Shown: in pieces, positions 1 to 10,724 of the stretch | Numbering within the stretch: position 1 is the stretch's first letter | Layout: the number at the start of each line of letters is the position of its first letter | Assembly: GCA_051599415.1 (NCBI GenBank) | Contig: AP039696.1 | Span: 310,001 to 374,000 of the forward strand | Length of the DNA: 64,000 nucleotides | Reading direction: 5' to 3' | Origin: Savitreella phatthalungensis | Lineage: Eukaryota | The notes under the pieces: model-generated | The model's input: the letters and a program-made list of their open reading frames with translations, nothing else | Told to the model about the DNA's origin: nothing | Databases searched by the model: none | Translations under genes and position numbers: made by a program

Positions 1-243
1 CTACAGGAAGCGATCTAGGCGGTGGTCCTAATTGTGCTATGACTGCTGAGATGGCGGGTTGGCTTAAGTACAAGAAAATGCGGCACGCCAGATAGAGAAG
101 GTGTGCAAGGTATCACTAACACCAGGCTCTAGAACAGAACAATACTATTTGACAACTCCATATGGGACTACTCTCTTGTCATACATAGAGCGAGTGATTG
201 CGGAAGTGATAGCGTTGAGTACGGAGTGCATACGATCGATCCG
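1..243 (+). repeat. Copy 1 of a diverged, unidentified dispersed element (truncated by window edge)
   Basis: 68-238 aligns ungapped to the reverse complement of 436-606 (38 mismatches in 171 nt by hand count, about 78% identity). Similarity continues to position 1 (ctacaggaagcgatctaggcggtg vs ctacaagagacggtttaagcggtg). Confidence 0.85.
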
Positions 244-431
244 GAAGACCTAGCGGAAGTGACACACTCGAAAGCTCACAGAGGCTCAAGCGCTACAAAT
301 AGTCACGATAGACTACAAGATATTGAGGCTACTGACTGAACTCAATCTATGCAAATGCTACCGATTTGGTGTGATTAGACTGATACTTTAGGAAACAATC
401 AAATGACATTGTTGCGACCACTCTGTGAACC

Positions 432-790
432 GGTCAGATCGTATATGGTTTGTACACAACGCCGTCACTTCTGCAACCACTCTGTCTATGTATGACACAA
501 TAGTAACCCCGTATGGAGCTGTCAAATAGTATTGTCCTGTGCTAGGTCCTGGTATTGGTGATATCTGGCACGCTGTCTCCATATGGCGTGTTGCATCCTC
601 TTGTACCCCCCTACCAACCTGCCAGGTCAGCAGAGTTGTGGTATGTATCAGTTATAGCATGGTCAGTGTCACCGCTTAAACCGTCTCTTGTAGTCCCTCT
701 GTGTCTGTTTGTGCTCGTTCGTGTCTCTCCGTGTTCCTCGGTGGACTCCGTTTGGATCCTCCTGTGTCGTCTTTCTTGTGTCCGTGTCGC
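432..790 (-). repeat. Copy 2 of the same element, inverted
   Basis: Reverse complement matches copy 1 (gacaatactatttgacagctccata vs aacaatactatttgacaactccata) and copy 3 (cacggagagacacgaacgagcacaaacagacacagaggg vs cacagagagatgcgaagattacaaacagtcccagaagg). Boundaries approximate. Confidence 0.85.
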
Positions 791-801
791 TTCGTCCATC
801 G

Positions 802-861
802 CTCTCGGGTCCTGCGGCCGTCCTCCGCGACACTCTCAGGTCCTGCGATCGTCCTCCGCGC
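802..861. repeat. 31-bp tandem duplication (2 imperfect units)
   Basis: ctctcgggtcctgcggccgtcctccgcg at 802 and ctctcaggtcctgcgatcgtcctccgcg at 833. Confidence 0.9.
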
Positions 862-1207
862 GATGTGTCTTGAGCATCACTTGTAGATTGGGAAGCATCG
901 TAAGTCTTGCGGCTATCAGCAGCACTGTGTGTCCTTCGGTATTCATCCAAATCAACTTCGCTATAGTTGCCCCAAATCTCCACGTTCAGCAATTCGCACG
1001 TTGATGTGTGTGCCTCAGACGGTTTTCAATGACCACACGGCCGTATTTTGCCACACTATAGGACATAACCGCTGTGCGTAAGATCACGTCGTCCATGTGA
1101 AGGCGTCTACGAATAGCCTGTGGACTTGATTGCGCTCGATGCACAATGCGCTTTGCAAACTCGATACAAATGTCGCATAGGACAGGCGCCGGGCTCAAGA
1201 GCAATTA

Positions 1208-1555
1208 AGAACGCAGCACAGACCTATACCAGAAGTCATACAGGAGAACTCATCTGAGTGCTCACAGAGAGATGCGAAGATTACAAACAGTCCCAGAAGG
1301 TTACGGGAACTTGAGTCACTTCGCTTGACCAACCGTCCAAAGCACATAGCTGATGAATGGCAGGTGTCACGACGTATCCGGCACAAGAGGACACAGCATG
1401 CCATATGCGGACGGCGAGCCAGATATTCCGATGCCCAGTACAGAGGATTGTATCCATTCTGACAGCCTCTGAGGAGCTATGCCCTCGTCAGATTTAGTGC
1501 CGAGAGAGAGCAGGAGTGACGGCGCTGTGTATCGTGGTGCACAAGTAGCCCGGAC
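1208..1555 (+). repeat. Copy 3 of the same element, more diverged
   Basis: cacaagaggacacagcatgccatatgcggacggcgagccagatat vs copy 2 tacaagaggatgcaacacgccatatggagacagcgtgccagatat; gcaggagtgacggcgctgtgta vs gcagaagtgacggcgttgtgta. Boundaries approximate. Confidence 0.75.
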
Positions 1556-2282
1556 AACTAGACCAGTCGTGACGACAAATGACGCTCGTGTATAATCTCG
1601 TTTTCTCAAATGGATTATTCACTACAACAAGGACATCAAAGACAATGAATCGCTCGTGTATACACAACGTATCAGATTCGCTTGCGAAAAAATGGTGTCC
1701 GGAGTACCTCCACAGGCTGCGAGGAAGACGCATTTCAGGTCGCTTAGAAAGGCTTCTGATGAACAGTGCTACATCAGAGATGTCCCAGGAGCATCAGGAG
1801 AAGACTGAGGGCTGCCATGGATCTCGCAGCAGACCATCTGAAGCCACTGTGACCCCCTTGGGGACGTGCTATCATTTCAAATTCTTAATCGGCCGGTTAG
1901 CTCGAGCTGAGTCCTCTCTTGTAAAACCTGTGGCGCCTTATGAGCTGAGCAAGCAGCCTGCGAAGCACGTGATGGGACGAAAGAGACAATGATTCAGTGT
2001 CGCTCAGTTTGTGCTTCCTGATGGATCTTGCCCAATTGCTCGGGTAAATCAACGCGACATCGAACATGGATTTGTCATAAATGATTCCGGTGACTCCGGC
2101 TGTTTCCAAGAATTTACGGCAATATCAACCGGACGACGGCACGTGCATTCACGCAATTCGATACCGGCCTTTGTGAATCGCGAAGATTGAGTGGCGGCGA
2201 AGATCTTCGTGGAACACCCAAGAACCAACATATCTAGACACATCCCTACAATTGAATCATCTTCAGTGTTACATTGATCAAG

Positions 2283-2936
2283 ATGTCTCTTCGCCTTGGC
2301 TCCACCGCTCCGAACTTCGATGCAGAGACTACCAACGGCAAGTTGAACTTGCATGAGTATCTCGGCAATAGCTGGGGTATCCTGTTCTCGCACCCGGCAG
2401 ACTTCACGCCTGTATGCACGACAGAGCTCGGCGAGATCGCGCGTTTAGAGCCCGAGTTTGCCAAGCGCAACGTCAAACTTATTGGGCTCTCTGCCAATGA
2501 CGTGGAGAAGCACGGTCAGTGGGTTTCGGACATTAACGAGCTCTCACAGACTTCGCTCTCCTTCCCTATCATCGGTGACCAGGAGCGCAAGGTGGCTCTC
2601 GCTTACGACATGATCGACCAAGAAGACGCTACCAATGTGGACGAAAAGGGTATCGCCTTTACTATCCGCTCAGTTTTCTTCATCGACCCTGCCAAGAAGA
2701 TTCGCACGATTCTCCAATATCCGGCTTCTGTCGGTCGCAACTCGAACGAAATCCTTCGCGTCATCGACGCTCTGCAGTACGGTGACAAGCGCAAGGTCAC
2801 GACCCCAATCAATTGGCAGCCAGGGCAGAAGACCATCATCCCGCCCACGGTGAAAACCGGTACACCCGAATATGAGGCATATCCACAGAAGGAGGAGGTG
2901 AAGAGCTACTTGCGCTTCACCAAGTTCGATGACTAG
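2283..2936 (+). CDS. PRX1: 1-Cys peroxiredoxin (Prx6/PRX1 type), 217 aa
   Basis: FSHPADFTPVCTTELG active-site motif, YPASVGRN and TPINWQPG C-terminal motifs. First ATG at 2283. No N-terminal mitochondrial extension seen. Confidence 0.95.
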   Translation: MSLRLGSTAPNFDAETTNGKLNLHEYLGNSWGILFSHPADFTPVCTTELGEIARLEPEFAKRNVKLIGLSANDVEKHGQWVSDINELSQTSLSFPIIGDQERKVALAYDMIDQEDATNVDEKGIAFTIRSVFFIDPAKKIRTILQYPASVGRNSNEILRVIDALQYGDKRKVTTPINWQPGQKTIIPPTVKTGTPEYEAYPQKEEVKSYLRFTKFDD

Positions 2937-3074
2937 ATAGACAGTAAGCTCTCAATCTATTGCATCAATAGTTCTGGCGCGCTATACCTGTACTTTGTAT
3001 TAGCATTCCCCTTTCATCCATTTTTACACGCACATGTGAAGTCTGTCCGTGTCGACGCACAGTAGCAGAATTTG

Positions 3075-5717
3075 ATGTCTCGGGCGAAACGGCGGAAGCT
3101 CGAGCAGCTCACGACCGCCTTGCCTCGTGATACATGTGTCTACATCGTTGCCGAGTCACCCGGAGAACCTTTCTACATTGCTCGATTGATGGAATATGTG
3201 CAGGATCGCGTTCGCGTCAACTGGTTTTATCGAAGTCGCGACGTGCAGAAGCAGTCAAGTGACTCACGTTTGCTCTACGCTACTATGCATTCCGACATCG
3301 TACCGACAGCCTCGCTACGAGGAATCTGCGATGTGCGATACCGTTCCCAGGTCGAGGACGAGGACGTCTTCCGTAACAAACCTGATAGCTTTTATTTCGA
3401 CCGGCTCTTCGACAAGTTCATGCATCGGTACTACGATCTGTTGCCCACGCAGCAAGTCTCAAACGTTCCAGAAGAGATCGCGGCTACGCTGCGTGAGCGT
3501 TGGCGCTTCGTCGCTGTCGAAGTCGGTCATGCTAAGGAAATGACGATGGAACGAAAGAATTGCTGCAAATGTCAAGAGTGGTGTTCTCCCCGTAATGGCA
3601 TCCGATGTGAAAGCTGCGGCGAGGATTACCACCTGCAGTGCCTGGACCCACCACTGCCGAAACGTCCTTCCCGTGGCTTCGTGTGGACCTGCGTTAGGTG
3701 CACCGCGCACGTTGCTTCGCCATCAGAGGCAGACGTATCATCCGAGGACACGATACGTAACGACGACGGAAAGCATCCACCAGCATCCTGCAATACTGAG
3801 ATTGACATACGAGGCGTCAGAAGCCCAACGGCTGCAAATGATGTACTCACGCAAGATGGATTGCAATTACACGAACTTTGGCCGTATAGGTATCTCGGCT
3901 TGCATTGTAGCTTGCGCAATGCCCTTGATGTCCACGATCGGATACACCCGCGAGCAGCAACACGTATCGGCCCGAGATATCAGACTGCAGTGTTTGAAAC
4001 GCACAACGACCTGTCCGAGCGAGGCACCGATGCGACATCTGTTTGCATGTTCGATCCAGAGAAAATGCCAGACGATTTCCTGGAACGATGCATCGACATG
4101 GCACGCCCGAAGGGCATCGAGACGGCTTCAACGGATTTCGTGGAATATTCTTTCGCCTTATTGTCAGAGCATGGCGGCGACTCAGGCAGAGCACTGGATC
4201 ATCTGAAGCGCGCGAAGAAACAGGACATCATGGGGACTCCATGGAACAATCGCGAATTAAGTAAGTATGCAGAGGCTGTAGCCTTGTACGGGGCGGATTT
4301 GCACGAGGTGGCGCGCGCCGTAGCGACGAAGTCAACCGGGGAATGTGTGCGCCGCTATTACGCCCAACAAGAGACCGCGCATCACGAGGATTCGGGCCAC
4401 GTCGAATCGGGCGAGGAGGAAATGTATGCTGATCCAGATGATGCAAGCCTCTTTGACATCGGCCGCGTGAGTGATGCGAAGAAAATCTTCATCTGCGGCT
4501 TCTGCAGCACGTCGGACAGCCACAGCTGGCACCGCGCCCCGAATCAGCACACGCAGGGCGATAAGATCGAGGCCTTGTGCGAGCGATGTGCGGACCTCTG
4601 GCGCAGATACGCTGTGCAGTGGGAAATTGTTGATAGTACAAAGCGCGCCAATGATGCACGCCGACACAAACTCATTGAGCCGATGCTGCTGAGAAACCAG
4701 GAGCGATCAGTCTCGACGTCCGCTCTACAACAGAAGAAGCGGAAATCTCTCGCAGTCAACGTACGAGAGAAATGCGACGCACAGCAGACGTCTCTCGTGA
4801 TCCCATGTGCGGTTTGCAGAGGCGCCGCGGATTTGCCCAAAATTGTGTGTACACGTTGCGCAATCAGTGTGCACCGAATTTGCTCCGGCGTCGCAAAAGA
4901 AACGCTGAACGATGAATGGAAATGCGAGGTCTGTCGTACGGATCGACTGCATGAAGCCTCCGGCATCCGACAATGCGTCTTATGTCCAGTCACTTGCGTG
5001 GTCGATCCTGCTATCAAGCGCACGACAGGAGGCAATTGGGCACACATTGTTTGTGCCACTTTCAACCTGGATCTGGCCTGGTTCTGTGCTAATATAATGG
5101 ACCGCATCGAGGGAATAGCCTCCCTCCCGGCAATCTATTGGAAGACGCCATGCAAGTTTTGCGCATCTCTACACGGCGCAAGCGTTGCTTGCTCGCATTG
5201 TGGTGCGGCGATGCACGTAGGATGTGCACGCAGCAATGGCGCCACCCTAGCTTTCGAGGTCCAAAGTCGGAAATCACACATGTCAAGAGCTCTAAATGGC
5301 TCGTGTCTCAAGATTGACCCTAGCTTAAACACTGTTCATCCTCACGTGATTTGCGCTGAGCACGATGTCGGACACCTCGGCCTACATCCAATAGATACCC
5401 GTTGTGGCGAGCACGACACGCTCTTGTCCTTCTATGTGCAAGAGTTTCAGCGCGGCGGACAGCTCAAGGGCAGTAACGCTCTAGGGACCTACGGTTTGTC
5501 AACAGACGACTGGTGTCGCGAGGACATTTTGCGCCACAAACGGATCGAGCTCGATAACGGAGTTGCCAGACCTACACTCCCCGTTGACCCATCAGACACA
5601 CGCCCTGATCAGGGTTGTCGGATATGCCTCATTGACACGAGTCCAGCTTGGTATGATACCGTTGATGGTTGTCTGTGTCATTTATGTCACAGACGATGGG
5701 CAAAGACAGAACCGTAA
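3075..5717 (+). CDS. SNT2: Snt2-like chromatin protein (BAH, PHD, ELM2/SANT, GATA-like Zn finger, PHD, extended PHD)
   Basis: BAH (EPFYIARLMEY..VRVNWFYRSRDV, SRLLYATMHSD), PHD (YHLQCLDPPLPKRPSRGFVWTC), WPYRYLGLHC..DRIHPRAATRIGPRYQ, CERCADLWRRYAVQWE, KRTTGGNWAHIVCA. Confidence 0.9.
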   Translation: MSRAKRRKLEQLTTALPRDTCVYIVAESPGEPFYIARLMEYVQDRVRVNWFYRSRDVQKQSSDSRLLYATMHSDIVPTASLRGICDVRYRSQVEDEDVFRNKPDSFYFDRLFDKFMHRYYDLLPTQQVSNVPEEIAATLRERWRFVAVEVGHAKEMTMERKNCCKCQEWCSPRNGIRCESCGEDYHLQCLDPPLPKRPSRGFVWTCVRCTAHVASPSEADVSSEDTIRNDDGKHPPASCNTEIDIRGVRSPTAANDVLTQDGLQLHELWPYRYLGLHCSLRNALDVHDRIHPRAATRIGPRYQTAVFETHNDLSERGTDATSVCMFDPEKMPDDFLERCIDMARPKGIETASTDFVEYSFALLSEHGGDSGRALDHLKRAKKQDIMGTPWNNRELSKYAEAVALYGADLHEVARAVATKSTGECVRRYYAQQETAHHEDSGHVESGEEEMYADPDDASLFDIGRVSDAKKIFICGFCSTSDSHSWHRAPNQHTQGDKIEALCERCADLWRRYAVQWEIVDSTKRANDARRHKLIEPMLLRNQERSVSTSALQQKKRKSLAVNVREKCDAQQTSLVIPCAVCRGAADLPKIVCTRCAISVHRICSGVAKETLNDEWKCEVCRTDRLHEASGIRQCVLCPVTCVVDPAIKRTTGGNWAHIVCATFNLDLAWFCANIMDRIEGIASLPAIYWKTPCKFCASLHGASVACSHCGAAMHVGCARSNGATLAFEVQSRKSHMSRALNGSCLKIDPSLNTVHPHVICAEHDVGHLGLHPIDTRCGEHDTLLSFYVQEFQRGGQLKGSNALGTYGLSTDDWCREDILRHKRIELDNGVARPTLPVDPSDTRPDQGCRICLIDTSPAWYDTVDGCLCHLCHRRWAKTEP

Positions 5718-5760
5718 ACAGACCAGCTCTAGCGGGGGCGATATTGCATTATCTTTTCTA

Positions 5761-7272
5761 TCACAACTTCGTCTCTGGCCACTGGTAGTTGTCGTTCGTT
5801 TTGTAGCCATAAGAAGCAAGGTAGTCATCGATCTCAGCAGGTCCACGGCTGCCGTAAGCATAGGGAGACGGCTGGAGATCCTTGTGCTCATCCAGGTGAT
5901 GAAGTAGAGGGGTGAAGATGCGCCACGACTGATCAAGCTCATCGTCACGCACGAAATTGCTATGATCCCCTTTGAATGCATCCAGAATCAGTGCTTCGTA
6001 TGCTTCGGGAATCTTTAGGTCAGAAAAGCGACGCTTATACGTCAGATCGAGCTCTGTCGTCGCAGTCTTCATGCTCAAACCAGGCAGCTTCGTGTTGATC
6101 TTCATATACACCGACTCGTCCGGCTGTACCCGAAGAACCAGTTCGTTGCGGGGAATATCGCCGAAGATACCACCAGTCACATCCTTGAATTGCACACGAA
6201 CCTCGACCTTGGCTTCGTCAAGCGCTTTGCCGGCTTTCAGGATGAATGGCACGCCTTCCCAACGCTCGTTATTGATGAATAGAGCCATAGCAGCAAATGT
6301 GGCGCAGCGCGAGTCCTTGTCGACCGTGTCGTCGTCCTTGTATCCAGGCTTGGAGCCGTCCTTAGACTTTGTGTACTGTCCAACGATGACATCGCTTGTC
6401 TTGATGATCGGCACCGAGCGCAGAACTCTTACTTTCTCGTCACGAATGTCCTCCGCACTGAAGGAAAGCGGGCGCTCCATAGCAATAACCGTAAAAACCT
6501 GAAGCAAATGATTCTGCATGACGTCGCGGATGATGCCGATGTCATCAAAGTAGCCGCCTCGACCTTCAGTACCAAATGGCTCCTTGAAAGTGATCTGGAC
6601 GTTAGAGATGTAGTTCTTGTTCCACGATGAGCCCAGGAACAGATTACCGAAGCGCAAAATCAGAATGTTCTTCACCATTTCCTTGCCCAAGTAGTGGTCG
6701 ATGCGGAATGTCTCTTCTTCTTTCCAAATCGGCTGCAGAGCTCTTTGAAGCTCCCGGGAGGATTCCAGATCGTGACCGAATGGTTTCTCCACGATCAAGC
6801 GTGCGATACCCTTCTCCGGATAGCAATTACGCTTCAGGCACTGGGCTACGGGAATGAAAACATTGGGAGGTAATGCCATGTAGAAGATTCGGTTGCGTTC
6901 ATCTCGTTGACCTTCCTGCTCTTCAAGATGCTTTCGCAAATTGATGAAGCTGTCATCCTCGTCGTATTGACCCGAGATATATGTGCACATCTCCAGGAAT
7001 TCTTGCAAGGCCTTTTCATAGTCTGGCGTAGGGGTCTTGATGTGGCTCTTGACCCGATCATGAAACTCCTTCTCGTCCATTTTCGTCCGCGCGTATCCGA
7101 CGATCTTCGAATTCTCAGGGAAGAAATTGTTTCGATAGAGCCCAAAGAGAGCTGGGAAGGTCTTCTTCTTCGCCAGATCGCCTGAAGCACCAAGGACAAC
7201 GATAGTGGCATTCTCTTGGATGGCAGCAGTTGCTGCAGCACTGTCATCCTTGCTGATGTCGTCGCCAGCCAT
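5761..7272 (-). CDS. ZWF1: Glucose-6-phosphate dehydrogenase, 503 aa
   Basis: GASGDLAKKKTFPAL, IVEKPFG, RIDHYLGKE, RDVMQNHL motifs. Start set at ATG 7272 (strong context AGCATGG, MAGDDISK); the frame stays open to an ATG at 7542. Confidence 0.97.
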   Translation of the reverse strand: MAGDDISKDDSAAATAAIQENATIVVLGASGDLAKKKTFPALFGLYRNNFFPENSKIVGYARTKMDEKEFHDRVKSHIKTPTPDYEKALQEFLEMCTYISGQYDEDDSFINLRKHLEEQEGQRDERNRIFYMALPPNVFIPVAQCLKRNCYPEKGIARLIVEKPFGHDLESSRELQRALQPIWKEEETFRIDHYLGKEMVKNILILRFGNLFLGSSWNKNYISNVQITFKEPFGTEGRGGYFDDIGIIRDVMQNHLLQVFTVIAMERPLSFSAEDIRDEKVRVLRSVPIIKTSDVIVGQYTKSKDGSKPGYKDDDTVDKDSRCATFAAMALFINNERWEGVPFILKAGKALDEAKVEVRVQFKDVTGGIFGDIPRNELVLRVQPDESVYMKINTKLPGLSMKTATTELDLTYKRRFSDLKIPEAYEALILDAFKGDHSNFVRDDELDQSWRIFTPLLHHLDEHKDLQPSPYAYGSRGPAEIDDYLASYGYKTNDNYQWPETKL

Positions 7273-8857
7273 GCTTTTAAATACCAGAGTCAAGGAGCGT
7301 ATCGGGCAATCTAGCTTGCGGTCTGTGTACTTGAAGTCGATTTTGATAGTGCCTATGCCGCGTACGTTTAATTCACAGTTGGATTTGCCGTCGAGTCCGA
7401 CGCGATGACGAATGTATGTTCGTGGTCGGTGTGGTAAATCGGTGGTGGATCTGGTGCTGATGGCGGCCACGGGAACACTTGAAAATGACACAGCGCTAGA
7501 AGGGTCTGATGCAGCGGTTCCAGAACCGGGCCTGTTTTTCATTCATGATTTTAGTGTTGATCTTTTGCCAGTGGAGCAGATCTGGTTGCTCAGCAATTCA
7601 GATCTCCAGAACAGATTTTACTATCAGGCGAATCACGACCGCGTGGATCGATCGCCCAGCAAATGTAATTCTATAGTGAGTGCCCGCGGTTGATCGTGTT
7701 CAGTTACGAATTGATCGATAACTTTTGTGGAATTACTCGTTGCATGATAAGATGTCAAGAATTGATTTCGGCATTACATCAGGCTGCGTTGTAAGCTTGG
7801 AAGCCTCCACGTGCTCGACATCGGAAGTCGATACCGGGCAGCGCATTTACACACCGGAAGACATCCAGTATAATTTCTGTGAGTCAGGCCAGCGAGGTGT
7901 CACAACTAGACGACGTTGAAGAGGATAATTTATTCAATCATGCTCAATGGCAATCTCGTTGCTGGTCGAGGCATGATCATTTCCCGACTTACAAAATGCT
8001 CGACGATGTCTCGTCGACAGTTCTCTTGTGCATGCACAACGCAAGCAACAATAGCCTTTTGACGCCACGTCGTCAGCGAATACCACAATGCCCTTTCATA
8101 GTGACAATTTTACAAACTCTTCAAGAGACATGAGACACGCCCTATCAACTCATCTTCACATGTCAATTACTGATTAAGGGACCATTCTAGCGCCGCCCCC
8201 GCCAGGAACACGGAGCTCTTTTGAGAGTGCATCATATTATAGCCAAACTCAGCTTGCCTGGGCAGGATTCAATGTTACGTGAAATCATTGTTTGGGCCTA
8301 TCTGTTCAGCAGGGACAATCAACACAGAATCTGCCATTGCAACACAAGCCATCAGGTCTGCTGAGTACCCAAACGGCTAGGCAATGTCTTTGTCATAATC
8401 TTTCGCATGAGGTCTTTCGCATAAGATCATGTGATATTCTCTGTCTTGCTCCGTCGATTCTCCAGAATTTTGCCTCTGCTGTGCATTCACGACCAAATTT
8501 CAGAATCTCCTTGCTGTGGGCCACACTGTCGGCTCGAAACTGGCCCCCGGGATTGTCGCTCTGCGCCAAATTGCTAGTCGGCGCACAGCTATTGGCCCCA
8601 ATGATCGCATCGACGCAACCCTGCGCCAGCTGGTCAAGTTAATCGGCAACAAGGAAGTTCTGTATCACTCTGCCACGCAGTCCAGCATTTACGGAGAAAG
8701 CAACTTAAAGTCGGACACTCCAGCAAAGCTCTCCTTGAAGACCACAACAGTCCCGGAGCTCCTCGCATCCGTGTACACTTTCTTCCCGCCTCCTCCTGAC
8801 TCAATCTGGCGGCGGTAGACGAGCCTTTGCGTGTTTTCGAGCAGATCGCGGATCATT

Positions 8858-10108
8858 ATGGCAGGACAGACTGATAAGAATGGGACGGCTGATGGCAATG
8901 CGGGCGGATCTTTCACTCCTGGAGATCTGGTCCTGGTCAAAATCACTGGCTATCCTTGGTGGCCGGCCATGGTCGTGACGACCGATCATCTCACCGAGAC
9001 TGCTCTCAAGGCAAGACCGACGAAAGGTAAGAGCACCGTCCTCGGATACCCCGTACAGTTTTTGGGGGATGCGATGTATTCATGGCCTCGAGTACCAGAT
9101 GTCAAGCGCCTTACGATTGAGGACGCACAATCATGGCTGTCCTCTGGCAAAAAAGCGTCGGCGAAAGGTCTTCGAGCAGCTTATCAAGCGGCAATCAGTG
9201 CGCCGTCTTTGGATGAGCTCAAGTCAGCCAAGCGAAAATTTGACGCAGCCAATGCTGAAGCGGAGAACGAAATCGATCATCAGGAGGAGAATGGCGATGA
9301 GGAGGCGGAACTCGGGGATAGAGAAGCAGGAGCGGAGGATGATGTTGGCGTGGATGAGGACGCGGAGGACGCGGATGATATTGACGCGGATAGCCCTGTC
9401 AGCAAGCGCAAAAAGACAGCCAAAACCTCAAAAGTCAGCAAAAAGATTGTCAAAGCAAAAGCGACCGCTTCCACACCCACGCGCAAGACTCCGAGCAAGC
9501 GAGCAAGAATTGAGGATGATCTGGACGAACCAGATAAGCTGAACGTGAGCACCGAGACTGGCAAGTCGACCGGTGCGCCGGACTGTAATGTGAAAGACGC
9601 CTGGGAAAAGAAGAAGCAACATGCGATGTACTATCGACATAAACTGCAGAAGACGCTTCTCTCCAAAGATGCTCCTTCCGCGGAAAGTATGAGTGAAATT
9701 CCGAAATTTCTCCAGAGCCTTGACGAGCTCGACGTTGACACGGACATCTTCCGGGAGACAAAGATCGGGAAAGTGCTATCACGCATCGCAAAATTAGAGT
9801 CTATCCCCCGCGACGAGGAACTTCACATCCGGTCAATGGTGAGCAGTCTTTTGTCGAAGTGGCAAGCGATCTCGGCAGCAGCTGCGGTGCCAGCTTCGAG
9901 CGCGACCCATGACGACGGCGGGATTGCCCAGTCAGGAACCTCGCCTGTTGCTGGCGTCGAGGTCACCAAGAGCGAGCCTGCACAGGATGCCAATCAAACA
10001 CGTATGCACAATGGTCAAGCTGAAGAAGAACCGACGGACAGAGGTTCGGGCGAAGGGAGCCCTAATGATTCGCAGGAAACAAAAAATCCGGCTCTAGGCA
10101 AAGATTAG
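8858..10108 (+). CDS. PWWP-domain chromatin protein with C-terminal TFIIS-N/LEDGF-IBD-like domain (Pdp3-like)
   Basis: GDLVLVKITGYPWWPAMV; acidic/basic linker; YYRHKLQKTLL..FRETKIGKVLSRIAKLESIPRDEE..LLSKW. Confidence 0.85.
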   Translation: MAGQTDKNGTADGNAGGSFTPGDLVLVKITGYPWWPAMVVTTDHLTETALKARPTKGKSTVLGYPVQFLGDAMYSWPRVPDVKRLTIEDAQSWLSSGKKASAKGLRAAYQAAISAPSLDELKSAKRKFDAANAEAENEIDHQEENGDEEAELGDREAGAEDDVGVDEDAEDADDIDADSPVSKRKKTAKTSKVSKKIVKAKATASTPTRKTPSKRARIEDDLDEPDKLNVSTETGKSTGAPDCNVKDAWEKKKQHAMYYRHKLQKTLLSKDAPSAESMSEIPKFLQSLDELDVDTDIFRETKIGKVLSRIAKLESIPRDEELHIRSMVSSLLSKWQAISAAAAVPASSATHDDGGIAQSGTSPVAGVEVTKSEPAQDANQTRMHNGQAEEEPTDRGSGEGSPNDSQETKNPALGKD

Positions 10109-10191
10109 GTAGCTCGCCACAGACGTTTTATAGCATCTATAGCTCCTGACAAGGCATTCGTCTTGCAGACTTTTACGATCCTTGCGGAGAC

Positions 10192-10562
10192 CTAAACGCC
10201 ATAGCGGAATTCATTCACCTTCTTGGCGTAGTATGCGGCGGACACGATCCCAAGGAGACCCAGTCCGATTGGGACAGGAGCGCGCCCCTTGGTCTTCACG
10301 ATGCGAGGTACAGCGCTTGCGGCTAGAAGTGCACTCGCTCCGAGGGCAAGCTCGACTCCGTTGTCGCGATTTTCTTTAATCAGGTAGCCCGCGTAGCCGT
10401 ATGCGGCACCGAGTCCAAGTCCTGCGATTAGACTGGGGCGCGACTGTGTACGGATAAAACCAGCGGTCCCGCCAATAGCGACTGTCAAGGTCAGACAAAG
10501 ACTTCATGTTTACGCATGATCTTACGCAAGCCAGCAAGTGTAAAGGCCGGATGTTCTGCCAT
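10192..10562 (-). CDS. TMEM14-family small membrane protein, 108 aa (spliced)
   Basis: Exons 10562-10526 and 10481-10192; 44-nt intron GTAAGA..CTGAC..ACAG. Product MAEHPAFTLAGLLAIGGTAGFIRTQSRPSLIAGLGLG. Confidence 0.9.
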
Positions 10563-10724
10563 TGTGTAGCAGTTTGTGACAACATTGCAGATGAATTGTG
10601 TTGCAAAGGAAATTTCGAGCGACTGTATCGCGCATTACACGGAGTTCACGAATGACCGGGTGAATTTCCTGACTGAGGTGAATTACCGACTCTCTACATG
10701 CTGCTAAGGTGCACAGGTGGTTCA

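Noticed and set aside
388..1992. Short ORFs in the first 2 kb as real genes
   Set aside because: They lie mostly within decayed repeat copies with stops and unbiased codon-position divergence; no recognisable domains.
7273..7542. 90-codon in-frame N-terminal extension of G6PD from ATG 7542
   Set aside because: No resemblance to G6PD or a targeting peptide; ATG 7272 has strong context and gives a normal-length enzyme. Not excluded without TSS data.
8292..8818. Overlapping ORFs (116 aa, 100 aa) upstream of the PWWP gene
   Set aside because: TTG/GTG starts, no recognisable motifs, and no convincing splice model found.
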